64,000 nucleotides of DNA from an uncultured Chloroflexia bacterium. GTDB lineage: Bacteria > Chloroflexota > Limnocylindria > Limnocylindrales > CSP1-4. This document shows, piece after piece, positions 58,810 through 64,000 of this stretch; position 1 is the first letter of the stretch, and each line of letters begins with the position of its first letter. The translations under genes and the position numbers were made by a program. The stretch spans positions 128,001-192,000 of the forward strand of contig CAVVYR010000006.1 in NCBI GenBank assembly GCA_963752475.1, given 5' to 3'. The notes under the pieces were generated by a model that worked only from the letters and a program-made list of their open reading frames with translations, made no database searches and was not told where the DNA came from.

Positions 58810-59150
58810 TCAGGTCCCTCCTACATGACAGGCGTCGTCCCTGTGTGACAGGCGCCGGCGCGACTGTAACGCCTGCCGATCGCTCGGGTGTCAGTATCGC
58901 GCAGTCGGTGGCTGTCCCTCAAGCCCATATCGGTGCCGTTGTGGTGCCGGCACGCCTCCAGCCGCAGAACGGTGCGGTCCACAGCCGGGGGATTGTGGGT
59001 GGGTGCGGGTCGGTGCTCCCCGTACCTCCGAGCCATCTCCCCCGGCGCCGAGATGACGATGCCCACGAGCGCGGCGCGGCCCTAGCCTCTCGGTAGCGCC
59101 GGATCGCTCAGGCAGGCGAGCGACCGGCGCCTTCCCCCTCTTGCCCGACC

Positions 59151-59966
59151 GTGCGTCAGACTGCGCTCGTGCGCGCGCTATCCCTGCTCCTCGTGGCCCT
59201 GCTCGTCCCTTCGGCCGTGGCTGCCGATGACGTCCCCTCTGCGGAGACTGCGGCGACCCCCGCGGCAGCGCCGTTGCTGGAGTGGGAGGTGGTGTCCCGT
59301 CGGCCCCACGACGAGTCGGCGTTCACCCAGGGCCTGCTGCTCGATGACGACGGACGGATGTTCGAGTCGACCGGCCTGTACGGCGGATCCAGCCTGCGTG
59401 AGGTCGACCCGCTCAGCGGCGAGGTCCTGCGCCGCGTAGCCGTGCCCGACGACTCGTTTGCCGAGGGGCTGGCGTTGGTCGAGGACGACCTCATCCAGCT
59501 GACCTGGCGCGCTGGTCTGGCGCGTCGCTACAGCCGCGATGGCCTCATGCTCATCGGGTCGCATGCCTACGACGGTGAGGGCTGGGGCCTGTGCCACGAC
59601 GGCGAGCGCCTGGTCATGAGTGACGGCAGCGACACGCTCACGTTCCGCGATCCAATGACCTTCGCGCGGCTCGGGTCGGTGACGGTGACCGTCCTCGGCG
59701 AGTCGCTCGCTGCGCTCAACGAGCTCGAGTGCGTGGAAGGCGCCGTCTGGGCCAACGTCTGGCAGACCGACGCCATCGTGCGCATCGACCCCGCCGACGG
59801 ACGCGTCACCGGCGTGCTCGACCTGGCCGGGATCGTCGAGCCCGATCCCGCCGCGAGCGACCCCTCGGCCGTGCTCAACGGCATCGCTCACGACGCAGAG
59901 GCCGGGACCTTCCTCGTGACGGGCAAGCGCTGGCCCGAGCTGGTCGAGATCCGCATCCTGGAGTAG
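59151..59966 (+). CDS. Glutaminyl-peptide cyclotransferase
   Basis: PHDESAFTQGL, ESTGLYG, FAEGL, QLTW, EGWGL, LNELE, VLNGIA, TGKRWP. Confidence 0.93.
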   Translation: MRQTALVRALSLLLVALLVPSAVAADDVPSAETAATPAAAPLLEWEVVSRRPHDESAFTQGLLLDDDGRMFESTGLYGGSSLREVDPLSGEVLRRVAVPDDSFAEGLALVEDDLIQLTWRAGLARRYSRDGLMLIGSHAYDGEGWGLCHDGERLVMSDGSDTLTFRDPMTFARLGSVTVTVLGESLAALNELECVEGAVWANVWQTDAIVRIDPADGRVTGVLDLAGIVEPDPAASDPSAVLNGIAHDAEAGTFLVTGKRWPELVEIRILE

Positions 59967-59978
59967 TCGCCGGCGCCG

Positions 59979-60884
59979 CTAGAAGCCCGGCACCCCGGCG
60001 AGCGCGAGCTCATCGAGCAGGTGGTCGACCGTGCGTGCCTCCTGCGCGTCGAGCGTTCGCGCCGGGGCCCGCAGCACCTCCGTGGAGAAGACCCCGCTGC
60101 GGCGCAGATGCCGTTTGGCCGTGAGCAGCAGGAGTTCGAGCGAAGCCGTGGCCAGCGAGAGATACGGCAGGATCCGGCGATAGCGGTCCCGGGCCTGCTC
60201 CGTGTCGCCGGCACGTGCGGCATCGTCGATGGCCTTGATGGCCGGACCCAGGTCGCAGCCGGGGAAGCAGCCGACGGCGCCGCGTGCGATCTGCTCGAGG
60301 TAGTTCAGCCCGCCCCAGCCGGCGACCAGCTCCAGGCCGGCCGCGTGGATGGCGCTGGCCTTGGCGCCGGCGCCTGGGATCTCCGACTTCACGGCCAGCA
60401 CCGAGGGCTCGGCCTCGCGCATGCGGGCAAGGGTCTCGACGTCGAGCCGCACGCCGGTGACCTGGGGTGAGTCCTGCACCATCACCGGCAGTCCGGCGGC
60501 GCCGGCCACGGCCGCATAGTGTGCGATCAGCTGGTCGGGCGTGGTGGCCTGCCTGGGCGGCAGCACCATGAGGCCCGCCGCGCCTGCCGTGGCAGCCCGA
60601 CGTGCGCGATCCACCGCGACCGCGGTCGTGCCATCGAGACCTACCACGAGGGGTGCGCGACCGGCGCAGGCCTCGGCCGCGATGGCCACGACCCGATCCC
60701 GCTCGGGCTCGGTCAGGCTCCACGCCTCGGACGCCAGCTGGGGCACGGCCAGCCCGTCGACACCGAGGTCGAGCATGCGCTCGGCCAGCGCTGCCAGCTC
60801 ATCCTCGAGGACGGGCTGCTCTGGCGACTCGGCGAACGGGATGTGCAAGACCGGCCGGACACCTTCGAAGGTCATCGTCACCAT
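59979..60884 (-). CDS. DapA/DHDPS-family aldolase
   Basis: ASEAWSLTEPER, GLMVLPP, VMVQD, VKSE. Confidence 0.85.
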   Translation of the reverse strand: MVTMTFEGVRPVLHIPFAESPEQPVLEDELAALAERMLDLGVDGLAVPQLASEAWSLTEPERDRVVAIAAEACAGRAPLVVGLDGTTAVAVDRARRAATAGAAGLMVLPPRQATTPDQLIAHYAAVAGAAGLPVMVQDSPQVTGVRLDVETLARMREAEPSVLAVKSEIPGAGAKASAIHAAGLELVAGWGGLNYLEQIARGAVGCFPGCDLGPAIKAIDDAARAGDTEQARDRYRRILPYLSLATASLELLLLTAKRHLRRSGVFSTEVLRAPARTLDAQEARTVDHLLDELALAGVPGF

Positions 60885-60971
60885 GATGCCCCGCTGTGCC
60901 CCCGGCTGCTCACTCGGCCTGGCCTCGGTCAGGCATCATCAGGGCATGAGCAAAGCTACTCGTGTCCCGGC

Positions 60972-61691
60972 ATGAAGCCGCTCGTCGCGATCACCGGAGC
61001 CAGCTCGGGGATCGGTGCGGCCATCGCTCGGCAGTTCGCCGCATCCGGCCATCCTCTGCTGTTGATGGCGCGCCGTCTTGAGCGCCTGCAGGCGCTCGCG
61101 CTGCCGAACGCCATCTGCGAGCGCATCGATGTCACCGAGCGCGGCGCGGTCCGCGCGGCCATCGAACGAGCCGAGGCAGACCACGGACCGGTCGACTGTC
61201 TGGTCAACAACGCGGGCACGATGATGCTCGGGCCGCTCGAGACACAGGACCCTGGCGAGTGGGAGCGCATGCTCGAACTCAACGTGCTGGCACTGCTCGA
61301 GTCCATGGCCGCGGTCCTGGGGCCGATGCGTGAGCGCGGCGCGGGCACGATCATCAACATGAGCTCCACCTCGGGCCGCAAGGCCTTCCCTGACCACGCC
61401 GGATATACCGGTACGAAGTTCGCCGTCTCCGGCATCACCGAGAACGTACGCGAGGACGTGGCTGCCGATGGGGTGCGCGTCATCAGCATCTGCCCGGGTG
61501 CCACGAGCACCGAGATCATGGGCCACACCGCCTCGGACACCATCCGCGAGGGCTACGCCGCATGGCGCGATGAGATCGGTGGGGTGATGAACCCCGAGGA
61601 CGTTGCTCGCGCCGTGCTCTTCGCCTACCAACAGCCCCCGCACGTGTGCGTGCGAGAGATCGTCCTGGCGCCCACGCGCCAGGAGAGATAG
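60972..61691 (+). CDS. SDR oxidoreductase
   Basis: TGASSGIG, NNAG, YTGTK. Confidence 0.93.
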   Translation: MKPLVAITGASSGIGAAIARQFAASGHPLLLMARRLERLQALALPNAICERIDVTERGAVRAAIERAEADHGPVDCLVNNAGTMMLGPLETQDPGEWERMLELNVLALLESMAAVLGPMRERGAGTIINMSSTSGRKAFPDHAGYTGTKFAVSGITENVREDVAADGVRVISICPGATSTEIMGHTASDTIREGYAAWRDEIGGVMNPEDVARAVLFAYQQPPHVCVREIVLAPTRQER

Positions 61692-61701
61692 CGAGCGACC
61701 G

Positions 61702-63145
61702 ATGCCGCTGGTAGCCGGGATCGATTCCTCGACGCAGGCCTGCCTGGTCGTCCTGCGCGACGCCGATGACGGACGGGTCGTGGCGTCGGCCGAGGCGCCC
61801 CACCCGCCAGCCCACCCGCCAGCCAGCGAGCAGTGGCCCGACGACTGGTGGTCGGCACTGTGCGCGGCAGCCGGTCAGCTCGACCTGCGCGACGTCGCGG
61901 CCATCAGCATCGATGGGCAGGGCCACGGTTCGGTCGTACTCGATGCCTCGGGACGGGCGGTGCGGCCGGCCAAGCTCTGGAACGATACGACCGCCAGCGC
62001 GGAGGCGCGGGAGCTCGTGGAAACGCTCGGGCCCGAGGCCTGGGCCCGCCGCACGGGTATCGTGCCGACGTCGGCCATCACGGTGGCAAAGCTGCTCTGG
62101 CTGCACCGGCATGAATCCGCGAAGTATGACCGCGTCGCCATCGTGCTCCTGCCGCCTGGCTACCTGACGTATCGACTCACGGGCAGTCTGGTGACCGACC
62201 GCAGCGAAGGCTCGGGTAGTGGCTTCATGGAGGCCGCCGCTTCAGCCTGGGACCTGGGTGTGCTCGCGCTCGTCGACCGCGACCGCGACTGGACCGCCGC
62301 CTTGCCCCGCATCGCGGGACCGACCGAGATCGTGGGAGCCATCACCCCCGAGGCCGCACGCGCGACGGGCTTTCCCGTTGGAGCCGTCGTCGGTCCCGGT
62401 GCCAACGACCAGCCCGTCAGTGCGCTGGCCATGGGTGTCACCGGCGACGAGGTCATCATGTCGCTGGGCACCTCCGGAACCGTGAGCGTCCGCACGGTCT
62501 CGCCCGTGGTCGACGCGACCGGAGCGGTCCAGTCGGTCGCGGATGCTGCCGGTTCCTATCGGCCGCTGGTTTGCACACAGAATGCGACCCGCGTCACCGA
62601 CGCGTTCGCCGCCGTTCTGGATGTCGATCTCGATACCTTGGCCGGACTCGCGTTGCTGGCCCCCGGAGAGACGGGGCGGCCGATCCTGCTGCCCTACCTC
62701 GAGGGCGAACGCACGCCGGACCGACCAACGGCCACGGGCACGCTCACCGGCCTGCGGACCGACACGACGCGTGAAGCCTTGGCTCGCGCGTCGTTCGAAG
62801 GCGTCCTCTGCGGACTCTTCTCTGGCCTCGACCGGCTCGCCGAGGTCGGCGCACCCGACGGCGGTCGGCTCGATCCTGACCGGCGGCGGGGCCAGGTCGG
62901 TGGCCTACCGCCAGCTGGCCGCCGATATGGCGGGACGACCTGTGTTCGTGGCCGATGGGGAGGAGACCTCGGCCAGTGGCGCGGCCGTGCAGGCAGCCGC
63001 GATCTTCCACGGCGTACCCATCGATGATGTCGCGGACGCGTGGGCGCCACCACAGCGAGAGGTGGCGACGCCTCGGTCCGGGCAGGCATGCGCCGAGCTC
63101 AGGGCCAGATATCGCCAGCTGTCGGAGCTGCCCGGCCTCGACTGA
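61702..63145 (+). CDS. xylB: FGGY sugar kinase (xylulokinase-like), frameshift ~62870
   Basis: GIDSSTQ, GQGHG, AKLWND, SLGTSG, PYLEGERTP; LTGGGARS lies in the second frame. Confidence 0.8.
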
Positions 63146-63164
63146 CCTCACCGTTCCTGGTAGC

Positions 63165-63206
63165 AGATGTTGATAAACATCTTGACGTGCCAAACATCAT
63201 ATGTTT
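63165..63206. promoter_or_regulatory. Two palindromes (candidate FadR/GntR operators) around TTGACG
   Basis: AGATGTT-N4-AACATCT (63165-63182) and AAACAT-N3-ATGTTT (63192-63206). Confidence 0.6.
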
Positions 63207-63217
63207 AGGTAGGTCGC

Positions 63218-63958
63218 ATGAGTGAGCTGCTCTACTACGACCTCAAGGAGGTCGCTGGGCTAGCGCGCAGCCTGTCCAGCCAGGTAGCACGTGAGATCGG
63301 CCGCCGGATCGTATCGGGCAACTACGCCCCCGGCGATCTGATCGAGGATGAAGCAGCGCTCGCCGCCCGCTACCAGGTCAGTCGCTCCGTGGTGCGCGAT
63401 GCCGTCAAGATCCTCGTCGGCAAGGGCCTGCTCGAAGTGCGACGCGGCATCGGCACACGCGTGCGGCCCCGTTCCAGCTGGGGACTGCTCGACGACGACG
63501 TCCTGGCGTGGCACCAGTCCATCCCGCCGAGCAGCTCGGACCTGCGACAGCTTCTGGAAGTACGGCAGGTCGTCGAGCCGCACGCCGCGGGCTGGGCGGC
63601 TGAGCGTGGCACCGAGGACGAGGTCGGGCTCATCCGCGCGGCCCTCGAACGCATGGAGCATGCCCAGGGCTCAGTCGAGGATTTCGTCGTGGCTGACGCC
63701 GCGTTCCACCGATCGGTGCTGCGCGCGGCCAAGAACGAGTTCCTGGGCGCCTTCGAGGGCGCCATCTTCTCAGCCCTGCTGGGCAGCATCCGCTTGACCA
63801 ACAAGTCATCGAGTGAGAACGCGGAGTCGATGCCATTCCACGTTGCGGTCTGTGAGGCCATCGAGGCCCGTGAAGCCGGCCCTGCCGGTCAGGCCATGCA
63901 GCGTCTGCTGGGTGACACGAACCGACGTTTGGGAGGACGCCTATTCGAGGAGACCTGA
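63218..63958 (+). CDS. FadR/GntR-family regulator
   Basis: VSRSVVRDAVKIL..KGLLEVRRGIGT wHTH; FCD domain ADAAFH. Confidence 0.93.
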   Translation: MSELLYYDLKEVAGLARSLSSQVAREIGRRIVSGNYAPGDLIEDEAALAARYQVSRSVVRDAVKILVGKGLLEVRRGIGTRVRPRSSWGLLDDDVLAWHQSIPPSSSDLRQLLEVRQVVEPHAAGWAAERGTEDEVGLIRAALERMEHAQGSVEDFVVADAAFHRSVLRAAKNEFLGAFEGAIFSALLGSIRLTNKSSSENAESMPFHVAVCEAIEAREAGPAGQAMQRLLGDTNRRLGGRLFEET

Positions 63959-64000
63959 ACTGACGCCCGGTCAAGTCGACCGGGGTCGCTCTCCGATCCC

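Noticed and set aside
58821-59066. 81-aa minus-strand ORF
   Set aside because: No recognisable motif or RBS, and an atypical composition.
63961-63990. Another copy of the palindromic core repeat
   Set aside because: It lacks the CGACGCTA tail and blocks B/C. It is more likely a simple hairpin after the regulator, and it lies at the window edge.

Overview
A 64-kb chromosomal segment from a high-GC bacterium. F420-dependent enzymes, GT87 glycosyltransferases, Lgt and many apparently leaderless genes fit Chloroflexota or Actinomycetota (inference). In order: (1) a surface-glycan locus (1-13.4 kb) of GT2/GT4/GT-C glycosyltransferases and methyltransferases, ending in a cassette of a small YIDPGSGS membrane peptide, a kinase-like/methyltransferase fusion (NoeA-like) and two Thr-nucleophile alkaline-phosphatase-superfamily membrane enzymes; (2) an AAA_14/DUF4143 ATPase and SRAP; (3) a stand-alone TadE-TadE-TadG cassette; (4) sufBD, a Rieske ferredoxin, a VIT1 iron exporter and lgt; (5) a sulfotransferase followed by three paralogous propeller/FG-GAP secreted proteins; (6) mdh, mmsA, a dispersed reductive pyrimidine-catabolism set, secreted hydrolases and sugar-catabolism genes. 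The top candidate for a novel system is an XRE-HTH + PD-(D/E)XK nuclease gene (32415-33149) flanked by ~315-bp inverted arms built from a palindromic core repeat. A gene-less solo arm at 22.3-22.75 kb shares an ungapped 183-nt architecture with these arms: three conserved blocks, fixed 52-nt and 41-nt variable spacers, and co-varying terminal inverted motifs. Clustered frameshifts (2.8-10 kb, 54.3-55.4 kb) look like long-read indel errors. No tRNA, rRNA, CRISPR array or transposase was recognised.
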